A DNA stretch of 63,004 nucleotides, counting the filler, from Sphacelaria rigidula (Eukaryota): NCBI GenBank assembly GCA_964200075.2. It is 10 parts of 10 records of this genome, joined end to end, with 100 filler letters (N's around TTAATTAATTAA, not from the genome) between each part and the next. Parts side by side here need not be neighbours in the genome. Positions count along the whole stretch, not along the records: positions 25,245 to 31,455 come from CAXNAA020021492.1; positions 31,556 to 37,765 come from CAXNAA020021493.1; positions 37,866 to 44,075 come from CAXNAA020021494.1; 7 more parts are not named here. One strand, 5' to 3'. The position numbers were made by a program, and so were the translations under genes. The notes under the pieces are model-generated. The model did no database searches and was not told the origin of the DNA. It worked only from the letters and a program-made list of their open reading frames with translations. Shown piece by piece: positions 25,347-37,937 of the stretch (positions are counted from its first letter, which is position 1; every line of letters starts with the position of its first letter).

Positions 25347-28300
25347 TGGGGGGTTGTACTGATTTGTTGTGTGCCTTAGTCGTTTGACCATTGACCACGT
25401 ACCCCTTTCGAGACGGGGGGCAGGTGGCGGGGGGGGGGGGAGGGGGGGCGTACTGATTTGTTGCTTGCCTTACTCGTTTGGCCATTTACGAACGATAGGG
25501 GGAGGGAGCGTTGGATTCCACGAAAAATAGGAGCTGATAGGTGTGTCAGACGACCTAGATCACTCGCGATGTGATTGTATTTGGGTGAAAGCGAGTCCAA
25601 GCTATGAAGAGGAGTGTTTATTCAGCACCACGCGCGTTCGACCAAGCTTTGCTGCTTTCAACGACGGTTTGAACTTCCATTTTCGTGGAACAATGTCCCC
25701 CTCCCCCGCCCCCTCCGTCGTAGGATAACCCCAGTGGTTTTAGACGAGGGGTGGTTTCCCGAATCAATTCTCGCGTGGGAACAATCGGAGAAACCTCCTG
25801 GTAAAGAACGCATCCCGTCCTGGATAATCCCTTGTACTTGATGAGCGCCGTTCAGAGTAGTTGTTTCCTGATGTACCGTTTTCTTATTCCCCACGGTTTC
25901 ATGAGCTTCAATTTAGAACAAAGCACCCTAGAAGGAAGCACTCTACCCTCAATGATAGGGCGTGGTGCTGGTGCTTTAATTTCTTCATATGGCTGCCGGG
26001 TGTTACCATCACTCAAACGTACCTGGGTACGCGCTGTGGCACGCGCGGTACGCCCGCCGGCCGTACCCTTCTTCAGGGGTATGCTGACTACGACTGTACC
26101 CTGTGCTCAGTCATCAGCTTCATTATTGTAGCAGCACCTCTGTCTATATTCCTCATGTGCTCGATGATGGAAAATTTCGTCCGGTTCCCACGTTTATTTC
26201 CCGAACTTGGAAAAATGACGCTCATTACCACCAGGCGTTTGCGGTGAGCGAAACCGCGAAAGGCGAGGAAAACATGAAATGACGACATTGTGAAATGGCG
26301 ACTTGAACAGGTCTCTTACGGGCATCTTTTGCGCCTACTTACTGGGCGAGTGTGCTATTTTCAGCATGTGGGGGGAACGCAAGCCTACATCCAACGGCCG
26401 TACGACAGGGTACAACATTAAACATGGTGTGGTTAACGATGGGGTGTGGGTCAGGTTTGCAGTAGTAGTGCTTCCAGAAGGTACCCCGATTGAACGCGTG
26501 TTGTCCGGTCTGGTGCATACTTGAAGTACATGTTCGAGAGTGCATAAAATGAGTAGAGTTCGCCCTGAGCTGAAATACGCAATACCGTTTTTGGTCCCCC
26601 CTGGGCACTTTTTATTCATCCTGGGAAGGCAATTGCATTGAATCAAGTCAGCACCCCGTCAATGAGCTCAGAGAGAACACAGAGTTGTACTACGCATGCA
26701 GGGAGCGAATGGTCAGCAGGATGTTTTGCTTTGTCGACTGTGTCGATTCACTCAAATGCGACGGAGATATTGGCAGCATAGCCCGTCACCGAAATTCTGG
26801 GCTGCTCAGAGCTCTCATTGACGGGTTTGTTGTACATGCTTTCCACTCATTTTCACCTGTTTTCATCTAGAATTCATCATAAACTGGGTGAAACTGGGTG
26901 GAAATAGACATGAAAAGTGATGAAAACGGGTGAAAATAATATTCGTTAATACTGTTCCTCGATTCGATCGTGATCCATACGCGGGGACCGATGGACACGA
27001 TTGGTGAAGCCGATCAAAGGACACGGCCGAGCTGATCAAGTTGTTGTGGGAGAGTAGTAATACATAGCCAGACAAAGCGAAGAGAAAAGAAATGGTCTGC
27101 GTGGGGACCAACACCAGGGACACAGGGCCCCTCAACCGGAAAGTGCGTACGTGAGTATTACACGCCGACTACGATAGCAAATCCTACCGCATGTAACTGT
27201 CAAGACATGTGAAGACAAGTATCTCTCCACTGTGTTATCAATCGAGTACCGTAGACTATACTGAAAAGCCTGTTCGCTCGAATACCCCCCTCCAGAGGAA
27301 TTGCAGTAGTAGGCTCACAAGAAACCAGTTCAGAGAAAAATGATTCATCATCTGAGCATAGATATCTCTCCATACTACACACGTCGTCCAACAGGTGCTT
27401 TCGGGAAGACATCACACTTGTCCCTAGAGATATTACACACGAATAATGTAGGTGCGCCCCTCCCTTGAAACCTACCCCGAAATCCAATGTTTGAACCTCA
27501 TTCAAAGCCTTATGCGTGAAGATCCCTATCTACATGCCAAGACTCAAATCAAGCTCTTGCAAAACTATAAAAGAATAAAATATATACTTGAGAACCAGGA
27601 ATATGGACTTGCACAGCTTTCGCCTTCGAATGCCACTAATAATGCAGCCCAAACCGAGTATCAGTTCAGACAATCATCTCGCTTTCAGCGAATAACGGAA
27701 TATAGAATCCCTCAGGTGAGGTTTATTACACTGGTGTCCTTCATCCTTCATGCTCGCCTTGCAGCACGGTGGTGCGCATCATGACGTACACATGTCCAAT
27801 TTTCCAAGTCCTGAAGATATGAATCTTCGAAACGGGAAATGGAAGAAAAAAATCTCAGCCATTTACGTATAACGGTGTATGCAACTCCTATGTCGCGATC
27901 CGGCGGAGAAAAACTTTTCAACACCTTCCGGCATACAGTCAGTCAAGCACACAACCAATCATCTACAAATATCTACCTCGCGATCCGGCGGAGCGAAATT
28001 TGCTCAACGTGTTTCAACACGCGCAATCCAAAGCACAAAATAACATCACAGTCTGCCCCCCCTATGTTTTGCTTACTAACAGTCTGCATCTTTCTCTCTA
28101 CCCCCCTCGTTTCGAGCTACGGGAAGGGGGCTTTTGCATCGCGGAGCATTGTTTCCTCCCTCCACCAATATCCACCGAGAGATTCTTGCAGTGGGAGAGT
28201 TTTGCTTGTTTGCCGGTCGCGATTCACCAACAGCATGTTGTCACCTATCGCCGGAAAACCATTTTCAAATATCGACTCTCACCGGAACGTGAGGCTCGAC

Positions 28301-28872
28301 ACGGAACATGGGGCATCGAAATATCCAGAAGCATCAGTCTTCAGGTCTCATCCATAGTGATATGTTACTCCACCAACCGGTCTACTCGACGGTCCAAAAT
28401 ATTATTCCACCACGCCTTTCATCTCAACAGTCATCGGTATGTTACGTGAATGTATACGCGTGCTACTGCACTAATATATAGTATGGTGTGTCAATGTATA
28501 CACGTGCTACCGCACTAATATATAGTATGCTGAGCGCACACTTTCACAGGCACTCATTTCTGATTTCTCCTGTGACAAACCGACCAATAACCAAAACCGG
28601 GCGATTCCAGCTACACTTCTTGTCTAGGGATGCTGTGCGAGCATGCTCGCGTACATGCTCGTGTGCATTGTCATGGATTTAGTTTGCCAGTTTACAGCTC
28701 GGCTTACAACCAACACCTAGTGACGTTTTACACTTTTGTTTCAGCATGCAGTGCTAGCACGTTTGTACACTTCTCATGATTTCAGTGACGTCAACGTATA
28801 GCTTGACCACCAATCACATCGAGTGAAATGAGCATCGCTTGTTTCATGATGCCATGCCATCATATCTACTAA

Positions 28873-29289
28873 GAGTGGATTCTCGAACATGACGTTGACA
28901 AACAAATGAGGTTCCACTCAAAAGCTGTGGTTTCCCTGACCTAAGTTCATGACAAATGACTTTCATACGGACGACCTCATTCCTCCCGACCTCCCTAAAC
29001 CTATTCCGGGGGATTTTTGGCCTTTCGTTCCCCCGAAGGATATGTGCGAAAGCACACTATTGCCTCGTTTTCGGGATGAAAAAATCACGTTTTTGGCCCG
29101 AAGATCGTGCTTTCGCACATACCCCTTGGGGGAACGGAAGGTTAGGAATCCCTCGAAAGAGTTCTAGGGAGGTCGGGAGGGATGGGCTCGTCCATATGAA
29201 ATTCATTTGCCATGAATTAAGGTCAGGGAAAGCACGGCTTTTGAGTTGAACCTCATTTTGTTTTCAACCCCATTTTCGAGAACCCACTG
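28873..29289. mobile_element. Almost fully palindromic MITE (~420 bp) with CAGTGG-type ends
   Basis: Left arm agtggattctcgaa..tgaggttccactcaaaagctgtggtttccctgacc..cctcccgacctccctaa pairs with right arm tagggaggtcgggagg..ggtcagggaaagcacggcttttgagttgaacctca..ttcgagaacccactg. Confidence 0.8.
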
Positions 29290-31359
29290 TCTTTTGTCCC
29301 CCACATGATGGTCCTAGTTCTGCTAGCTCACAGCTCAGCAACTAACCAAAACGGGTGCAATGTAGCATTCCTTGTTTTTCATGTCATGCTCAAGATGCTT
29401 CATGTTAGCGTACCATGTACAGTTGAACTCGGCAAGCAACCAGTAACGCGTGATAAGAATCTCGGTTTGTACCCTCGCACTAGTACAGAGCGACGGTCAT
29501 CATCGTTCCTTTTCAAACATCCCCCCCCGCAGCTTTTCAACCATCAATACCACAAGCTGTGACGAATCGCACTTCGGCCTAACTCATGTTTCCTTCTTTC
29601 CAGGAACCGAAATCAGGGGGTAGACTAACAAATTCACGAGGAGAAGTGCTCGTCTTTACTCTCAAAAATCAAGGACCAAGCAGGATGATCGAATTAATAA
29701 AAAAGTGACTCTACGGAGTATAGTTTTGGGATTTTACTGTTATTATCGATCACATAGCTTCCTTCTGCAATTGTCATAATGATGTGGTAGCTAATATGTT
29801 GGCTGGGCTCTCTCAGTATAACCGCCAAGGGATACCATGGTTCCAACTGACCAAGCTCTCACATATTGATATCACCATATTATATCTACAAGCAGCTCTC
29901 TAAATCAGTACAGCCCGGGCGCAGCCATAGGAGCAGAGCGTAGTGATGGTGCCAGAGTAGCAGAAGTGGCTAGGCCAGCAAGCAAGGCAGAGCCAACAAG
30001 TAGTCGAAGGTGGGCGGAGTGGGCTTCGCGCCCATAGGGTAACCTCTGCATTGAATAAATTAAACGCATTGAATTGAATTACGTAAGTAGTCAGTCATTT
30101 CTTGGTTACGAACAGCAAAAAATCCAAGCAACTGTGATTTGGTGCCGATCATATGTGAACATATCTCTTGATATATCACAAGTTCAGCAATGATCCAGAG
30201 CTTGAATGAAAGCCCTGAATATGGGCAACAAATGTAACGTAGCTACTATTCCCCATCGCGACGGCAGCTAGCATAAATCATCTTCTGAAGATAGAGAGAA
30301 ATCTCGCCCGAAAGTTCCGGTTGATGATGCATGCTGTCTTCCCCTGCACATGGTTTTGGCTTGTGTCTAGGTACTTGGTTCAGTACTGCTGGGACGCGCA
30401 CACCATCTTCCGGCCCTGGAAAAACATCGTTAAAGAAGAGCTGGCCACGCCGAAATAACCCAAATAATGGCAATAACAAACGCGGTGACAACGCGTCACG
30501 GAACCCAGGGTCTACGAGCAGACCCGCACATCGGAATATCTTGCAGCGTCACTTAGCTTCGTCACACTAGCCCACCCTACACGAGTCCTCATGCGCTTGG
30601 ATCAACATAGCCTGGGCACAATGTCATTGCGCCAAGAAACTTCAAAATTCAACGAGAAAGTTCTCTTCTACACTCGTACAAAAACATGAAGCGAAGAAAA
30701 AAAAACAATTCTGTCCCACATCTCTATGGGCAAGCATCACTGCGACCCGTCACATTAAACGTTCAATCAACAAGAAGAAAGCGTTTTTTCTACGTGACAC
30801 TCACAAGCTATGTTGAACAAAAAAACACAAACGCAGGTCCATCTACAAAGTAAAGCACTAAAGGGCGCACACCCATAGACTTTAGTTACCATCGTAACAA
30901 GGAGGGAATGCCAAACAATCCGGGAAAAGGGGGGGCAAACGCAGATGCAGCATAGCATCGCGGTAATTGCTTTGGTCGTGCGCAGATCCAAGTGAGCTCT
31001 ACGTCTTTGTCCGACTATGTCCCGACACATCTGTCGCGTATAGCGAGAGTAGCACACCGCTCGTTTCCATGGCAGGGGCGTTTGAAGTATCAAACAGGTC
31101 TTGAGAAAGGCGTGCAAATTGAAGTACAATGTGTTTGGGGGGGGGGGGGACTACGCAGCAACAGGGAGATAAAAGCGGGTGCAGCCCACGTTCAGGTTTG
31201 GTGTGCCCGAAGCACGGAATTCAAAACCTCTGCGGGAGTGGGCACAAGCCCACCCAGGACGACACTCAGGGCAAAATGTCAAGGGTCGTTGATGAGAATG
31301 TTTCGTTCAGCGCGGGGAATCATCCATCGCGTGTTATGAGCAAAAATTAGTGTAAAAAT

Positions 31360-31455
31360 GAGCAATGCTACGGTAGGGGTGTACTTTTTTCGCGAAGTTT
31401 TGTTTGGTTCAGGGGCTCCTAACGATCCCAGACACACAAGAATATGGGTCAGGGC
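31360..31455. mobile_element. Truncated, diverged relative of the Sola-like MITE at 32796-33053
   Basis: gagcaatgctacggtagggg..tcaggggctcctaa..acacaagaatatggg matches the reverse complement of 32960-33053. Confidence 0.55.
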
Positions 31456-31570
31456 NNNNNNNNNNNNNNNNNNNNNNNNNNNNNNNNNNNNNNNNNNNNT
31501 TAATTAATTAANNNNNNNNNNNNNNNNNNNNNNNNNNNNNNNNNNNNNNNNNNNNCAAACCTGGTCATGC

Positions 31571-31781
31571 TGTAATGCGTGAGAGGATCGCGTGCTTGGA
31601 GGACCGCGCGGTAGTTCAAAACACCTCAGGATCGACGTTTTTCAAAACCAATCGGATCAGTCCCTGCAGGTACCACGCCCCTGACCATAACCCTAACACT
31701 AACCCTGACCCTAACCCTAACCATAGAGATGTTCAAATTCCGATGCGGTCCTCTAAGCACCCGGTCCTCTCACGCATTACA
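31571..31781 (+). mobile_element. MITE with TGT..ACA TIRs, 4-bp TSD (ATGC) and internal CCCTAA repeats
   Basis: ~37-bp imperfect TIRs (consensus tgtaatgcgtgagaggaccgcgtgcttagaggaccgc). ATGC lies at 31567-31570 and 31782-31785. Confidence 0.88.
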
Positions 31782-32196
31782 ATGCACGCCCTACCGCTGG
31801 AGAAAAACGGAGAAATATACAGCATTATATATGAACTCCACGACGGAATCAGAGCCCGCGAAAAAAAGCTCCATCGGGGTGTGAAGTCGTGATCTCCATA
31901 GCTGGAGTCTTCTCCATCGCTTAGATTACCGGGGCGTAGCCGCGTCACATAAGACGTTCCGCACGAAGCCCATTTTGGGAGTATCAGCCGAACTGGGACC
32001 AGGATCTTCTGCGCGCAAGTCAAATAATCGTGACCGGGGACACCACTTTTTTTTGCTGTATGGCGATATCATATTTTGTACAGTGTTGTGATTCTGGGAC
32101 AAGGCACTCTGTCGTTGTCGAGTAAGGCCTTGGGCCTCACAACCCCATCTCGCATAAGTATGCCCACCTTGTACGACGAGATGTTGTGGGTCCCAC

Positions 32197-32413
32197 TGTA
32201 ATGCGTGAGAGGACCGCGTGCTTAGAGGATCACATCGGAATTTGACATCCCTATGGTCAGGGTTAGGGTTATAGGGTTAGGGTTGGGGTTAGGGTTGAGG
32301 TCAGGGGCGTGGTACCTCCAGGGACTGACCCGATTGGTTTTGAAAACGTCGATCCTGAGGTGTTTTGAACTACGGCGCGGTCCTCTAAGCACGCGGTCCT
32401 CTCACGCATTACA
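32197..32413 (-). mobile_element. Second copy of the TGT..ACA MITE, inverted, 4-bp TSD (CCAC), internal TTAGGG repeats
   Basis: Same TIRs. CCAC lies at 32193-32196 and 32414-32417. A third, truncated relative is at 33618-33750. Confidence 0.88.
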
Positions 32414-32795
32414 CCACAATAACTTTTCGAGTGGAACCAACATTTTTTTTGTCTTCGTTTGTCGACCACGAAAGACAACAGTGGCAAGAGACCAAATCCC
32501 GAAGAACTCTCCGTTGCTACTGAAAGCAGGAAGCGAGATTTTGAGATAGGTCCACGTATTTCCGGAGATTTTCTCAATTAATTGTGTTTTTGGAAGGGGA
32601 CAACTAAATACTAAACTCGTACGCACTACTAGAAACCGACACGTCGAGTTTGAGATACCTCTAAATACCCCCCTCTCTTCCCCCTATTCTTACTGGTTCG
32701 TGATGCATATCGCGGCGCTGAAAAGATACGTTAAGGAAGGGGATTCCGACAGTTACCGCTCATGCAATCGTGGTCAGATTACCGGGCCGGCATTT

Positions 32796-33053
32796 GAGTG
32801 ATGCTGCGATAGGGTCAGCACTTTTACGGCCTGAGATTGGAATTATTAGGAACCCTTTACCTCATCCAAAGCACGACTTTCGAAATAGGTGAGAGTACGC
32901 CAGGGTTTTTCTTCCAATTTGCTAGGGATATCCCGAATGAATTTGCAAACGGGGATATCCTCGCCCATATTCTTGTGTAGTTCCTGATTTTAGGAACCCC
33001 TGAGTCAGACCAGTTTTGGCCACAAAAATGCTGACCCTATCGCAGCATCACTC
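32796..33053. mobile_element. Sola-like MITE (GAG..CTC termini, 4-bp TSD ATTT)
   Basis: TIR gagtgatgctgcgatagggtcagca / tgctgaccctatcgcagcatcactc. ATTT lies at 32792-32795 and 33054-33057. Confidence 0.8.
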
Positions 33054-33249
33054 ATTTACGGCGAAAGGCGTGCGATAGTTACATAACATCATGATGGGCA
33101 AACCGTTGCCCCGCCCCTTCCCCGCGCGAGCACTGCCACCCTGGTGAGGATGGTTTCCAAACCATGGTAAAAGCCTCGATACGCATCAAAACATTTTCGG
33201 TCGGAAAAAAATGGAAGTGCGCTCGTCGGCTTTCTCTGTTTAAAACCGG

Positions 33250-33547
33250 TCGCCCCAGTGGCTCAGTTGGTATCCTCTCGTCTTTCTGACGGGTGGGACG
33301 TGGATTTCAATCTCGATGAAGTCACACGATCTGGGAGAGCGACTGAATCACGGGTGCACAATTTTCGACTTAACGGTTGACAAGGGAAAGGGTCTACTAA
33401 AACCCTTCTGGCGATGCAAAGTAAGGCAAGCACCGCAGAAGGAAGGTATCCCTGTGTTATCCTTCCTCTTGTGTGACCCCGGCTGATACCACCACCTATT
33501 ATACCGAAAGATGTAGACTGGCGTCCAGAACAGATGGAATGTCAACG
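33250..33547 (+). mobile_element. Full-length tRNA-derived SINE, family C
   Basis: A box TGGCTCAGTTGG (33259-33270) and a degenerate B box (~33302-33313). Body and 3' end match four other copies in the window. Confidence 0.8.
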
Positions 33548-36500
33548 CACTCGCGATGCCAACACACACGTACCGTTGTATTCAGCCAGCCGCTGATGAA
33601 AAGGGTTCGAATATACATGTAATGCGTGAGAGGACCGCGTGCTTTTCAGACCGCATCGGAATTTGATGACCGCAGGATCGACGTTTTCCAAGACCTCTCG
33701 GGCCAGTCCCTGCAGGGACTGCGCCCCTAACCCTGACTCTAACCCGAACATATCTCGCCCCAGCTTGTAATGAAATGGCCTCCTCACTTGGAAATTATCG
33801 AAAGCCACCGCGACACACGCAGTGGGGGGGTCAATGCTCAAGATTGTAGCGTAGAGGCATGCGCCACGCCAGCAACAGTTAAGTCACTACCATAGGTATC
33901 GTTTTCACTCCGCATGACAAGAAGGTCTCCACAAGTGTTTGATCTTTCACACACCCCCCCAACTGGCGTGTGGCACACTCTTGTCGTCGCGCACGCACAG
34001 GGTCACATGTCGGGTAAAATCAACGACGAAAAATATCCCTCAAGTTGCGATTAGACCTGTTATTGCCGCAGCACCGTCCTTGCTGGCATATTTGTGAGAG
34101 AGAACAGCAGCGGTGACGGGAACATCGCCCTGTTTTTCGATGACGTGTTCTGCAGCACACAGAGGCGCGTCTTATCCAAAAGAGAAGCAGAGAGGAATCA
34201 ATATTCGCATCGGTAAGCTCCACTGAAAAAAAAAGACGACACGTCGGCACCTCGATGTGCTTTTGGGGGCTGTGCAGCAATATCCTGTCTACCGGCACAC
34301 GGGGAATTGGGTACATGCTGGTAACATGCATGATGCCAGTCTCTCGAGCATTACGAATCGCCGAGCGAGGACACACAAAGGACACGGGCGAGGAGCTTCC
34401 TTTCTGCCGTTACTCCTCCGGTGGTATCGTCATCGACACGCGTGTATACCGCATTCGTTCCGTGCACCAAGCCACAAGTACTTATCTGCTGGAGGGTTTT
34501 GGGGGGGGAAGACGGTTTTCCTCGATGTAACTGTTTTGCGCCATTCCTGCAACAAGAATATGCCACTTGAACCCCATTTTAGTTTTTAACCCCAAAAAAT
34601 TTAGAACCCGCTGTTAACTGGCGACAAGGGTGTCAGTTCATCCAGTTTATTGAGGTCTGCCGTTACCGGCTACTTTTATACCAACTTTACTATTGTGAGT
34701 TTACAACGAAGATATTCCTAGAATCATATACAATTTATTTGTATGATTCAGGCCTGCATTTTACACTTGCAGATATATGGGGTATCAATGTAGACGAAGG
34801 GCACTTCGAAGGCGTCGACGGAAAATTGCTTGCGTCAATGCCGCGTTAAGCAGCGGTGCACTGCTTCATGTTTCGGTCGACTTGTACAGCATAGCATGGG
34901 TCTGGCGTGCTGTGGTAGTACTAGAGCACATGAAGAACGGATTTTCTCTGGGTCAGTCACTGGCTGGCTTCTTCACGTGTTTTCTGTTCTCTTTGTCCCG
35001 TCTGCTTCGTTGGTCCCTCGTAGTTGTGCAGTTTTCTGTTCTTTTCTGGTCCGTCGAATGAGGAAAATGAAGAAAAAAGGAGGTGTGACTCATATGTACG
35101 GTGTCATGGTATTTAAAGGGACTGACCTCGAGGAGATCAGTGACCTCTCACACACACATGACTCCGAGTAAAGCAACATTTGGATATGAATCATTGATTA
35201 GGCCGTCAACGTATGACACTTTGTTGCGAGATACATTTTTTCGTTCCGAATTGCTGACAGCGGGCGATACGAGATACATGTGAACATCAGGATTTTACCT
35301 GCTCACTGCGGTTTGGATCTAAGCGGACTGTTTTACACAGCTTTGCCTGCAACCGATGCACATACGGCTCGAGCCTCTGCTCATGAGAACACACAGGACA
35401 AAGGTGTAGTGTGGCTGCCTTCTCGGAGGCTACTAAGCTGAATTACACAAAGTTGGGGCTTCAGCTGTGACTACATAAAATTTGGGGCGTTGCTAGCTGT
35501 AGCTTCTGTGCGTGTGCGTCTTGTACATCAGTCAGTCGCAATTTTTGGTACTAAGCCTCTTTTGTTTTTTCCCACCTGCGTGTGTACCATTGTTACAACC
35601 GCGCGTTTTATTTCCCCTCCCTCTGGAGCGTCTCGAATGGGATGCGTGGTCAATGGTCAAACGACTAAGGCAAGCAACAAATGAGTACGCCCCCCCCCCC
35701 CCCTCTGGAGCTTCTTTTTGTGCACGCGTTCGCCTTTGGCTCCGTCGGCACAAGTGACGATTGCGGCATCAGCATGCACCGCCGTGCTCGCTACTGTCAT
35801 ATAGTGTGCTCTGACCTCGTGGATTCTGTACAGGCTGCGATCGTTCCCTTGGTGTCTACCTCAATTCAGGCGCAAAACAGCACGTGTACAGTTGGTTTGG
35901 GGTTCGGACAAAAAGAAACTAAGCGGGCTGCGTCGAGGTCTGTGTGTACACAGCACCGCGATGCATCACCGTCTACCATCACGCAACTTTATTCACGATG
36001 TGCACTCTACAGTACTCTTGACGTTTCCTTTATTATATTAGCACTGGCCTTATGCCTTTCGCTCACAGTTAGTCACGCGGAGATAACCCATATGTGCACC
36101 ACATAGAGGTTTCCAGTGTTTTACCCCAACGTCACCCTCTGCACGTGCGAATCAATGTATAGTACAGTTTGCTTGCAGTAGAGTATTGCATGACTGTTTT
36201 TGTGATGCCCCGATAGCACAGTATCGCTTCACCCCGATGATGGTTCTTGGTTGGGGGGAACTTACCCTCCGACCACCACGCCGAGGTATCGCTCGTGCAC
36301 GGCACTCTCCAGCAGCGGCGAACTGATGCCGTGCTCCCCTGTGCACCCATATATTTGTGTCATGTCTTTTTCTTTTCGGGTTTATACAGCAGCAGTCCTT
36401 TTTGCTCCGTTCCTACATTTTCATGACAACATGTGGAATGACTGCGCACTGATGATTGCTTCTATCCATGTCTGCACGTTTTGGGTGATATGTTTCCGCT

Positions 36501-36797
36501 CTACATACACGTCTCAGATGTGCGTTTGTGCACTATTGTGTTGTGTTCAGCGGTGTGGAATCGACGAACAATCAGTCCAGAAGCAATACACAAAGCACCA
36601 TTTTCTGGTGTTTTATGTATGCTCTTGGCAAGCACAGCTACCTCAAAGTCTCAACGCATATGAGCACAGACGGACCAAATTGTTCCCTCCCGCAGTTCTC
36701 ACATCAAGTTGTATGTTCCAACCGGAGAGCATGGTGAATTATATATCCATGTGCTCACGCATAATGCAGCCTTTGAGCGGTAGATGCGTTACTCCAA

Positions 36798-37260
36798 TGA
36801 ACGATGCCCTGTACCGGGTATGTATTTTATTTTTTTTGTGGAAGCGTTGGATACTTTACTTTTCGGCATCGCTGTCACCAGGTTCCGCCTACTGGTGGAT
36901 CTGCCAGTATTGTCGAGTGCTCTCCTCAGTATGGCCTGCGAGAGTCTATAGCTCATGCCCGCGGTCGTGATCAAATCAACATCCTGGCCGAGACATCGAC
37001 GTTGTGGTTATGAGTGCTTCGGTTCCATGTACTATTCAGTACTGAACTCTGCCTGAAATTTGTAGCCTCTGCTAGACGATCTGGACAAGAGGACTATCCA
37101 CGAGGGACTCCTCCAGTAGCACTGGCCTCGTGCTCGATAAGTCCTTTGTACTCACTTGTTATTATCACGGAGTGATCCAGAAACAGACCACATCATGAGC
37201 CAGACAGCAAAGAGCCACATAGAAAAGGGTCATCAATCCAGGATCCCCTGTCCCCTGTCA
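36798..37260 (-). mobile_element. Candidate 3' LTR of the adjacent chromodomain Gypsy element
   Basis: Lies ~135 bp past the pol stop, begins TG after a short purine-rich run, contains AATAAA near its end and ends CA. No second LTR is available to confirm. Confidence 0.3.
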
Positions 37261-37395
37261 CCGCTCCATATCATGCATGCGATTATACTGAAACGTACGG
37301 CTTGGTGTTTGGCTACGACAACCTCAAAACGAGTTCAAGGCAAACGAACGAGCTTGACAGCCAACAAAAACCAAGGCGAAATTGCACGCGCCAGA

Positions 37396-37765
37396 TCACA
37401 AAGAAATACCATACTCCGACGCTAATGTACTGGTCAGTGCGCGAGTCAACTCCATTTTACGCAGTTCCTTCAAAACAAATTCAGGCGCAGAAGAATGGAT
37501 CTTGCGAAGAGACTCCCAAGTACGTTTTCCAGCACCGAACCCTTCCCAATCGACCAAAACAATGGCATCAGCATTGTCATCCTCAGCGACGTGTACCAAA
37601 GCATTCATCCGATATCCACCCTGAACATACGAATGATGAAACACATATTTTAGTTCCGTAGTGATGTGCAACTGGGAGTCAGCATAGAAACGCAAACGAG
37701 CGACATGGGCCGAGTGCACGGCGCCAGAAACAATGTTCTGCACCGAATACACGTGAGCGTGATCG
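37396..37765 (-). mobile_element. Ty3/Gypsy pol C-terminus: integrase tail plus chromodomain
   Basis: YSVQNIVSGAVHSAHVARLRFYAD is the integrase tail motif and VLVDWEGFGAGKRTWESL is a chromodomain. Truncated by the contig end. Confidence 0.85.
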
Positions 37766-37865
37766 NNNNNNNNNNNNNNNNNNNNNNNNNNNNNNNNNNN
37801 NNNNNNNNNTTAATTAATTAANNNNNNNNNNNNNNNNNNNNNNNNNNNNNNNNNNNNNNNNNNNN

Positions 37866-37937
37866 TGATGCACCCACATACACCGAAAGGTGTAGACTGG
37901 TGCCCAGAATAAATGGGACGACAACGCATGCACACAC
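37866..37937 (+). mobile_element. 3' end of SINE family C at the contig start
   Basis: tgatgcacccacatacaccgaaaggtgtagactggtgcccagaataaatgggacgacaac. Confidence 0.7.

Noticed and set aside
25545..28450. Possible decayed transposon or viral coding region, including a minus-strand LKTDASGY resembling an RNase H motif
   Set aside because: Many stops in all frames, and the single short motif has no supporting RNase H or RT context.
32250..32310. Telomere or chromosome-fusion scar
   Set aside because: The TTAGGG units are few, degenerate and enclosed by TIRs and TSDs of a MITE.
33250..33325. tRNA gene (also 7285-7367 and 22730-22817)
   Set aside because: A/B boxes are present but there is no consistent cloverleaf or acceptor stem, and they continue into repeat bodies, so they are SINE heads.
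36251..36970. 239-aa ORF
   Set aside because: Composition is atypical (Cys/Val/Phe-rich from TG-rich DNA), it has no motifs and it overlaps the candidate LTR.
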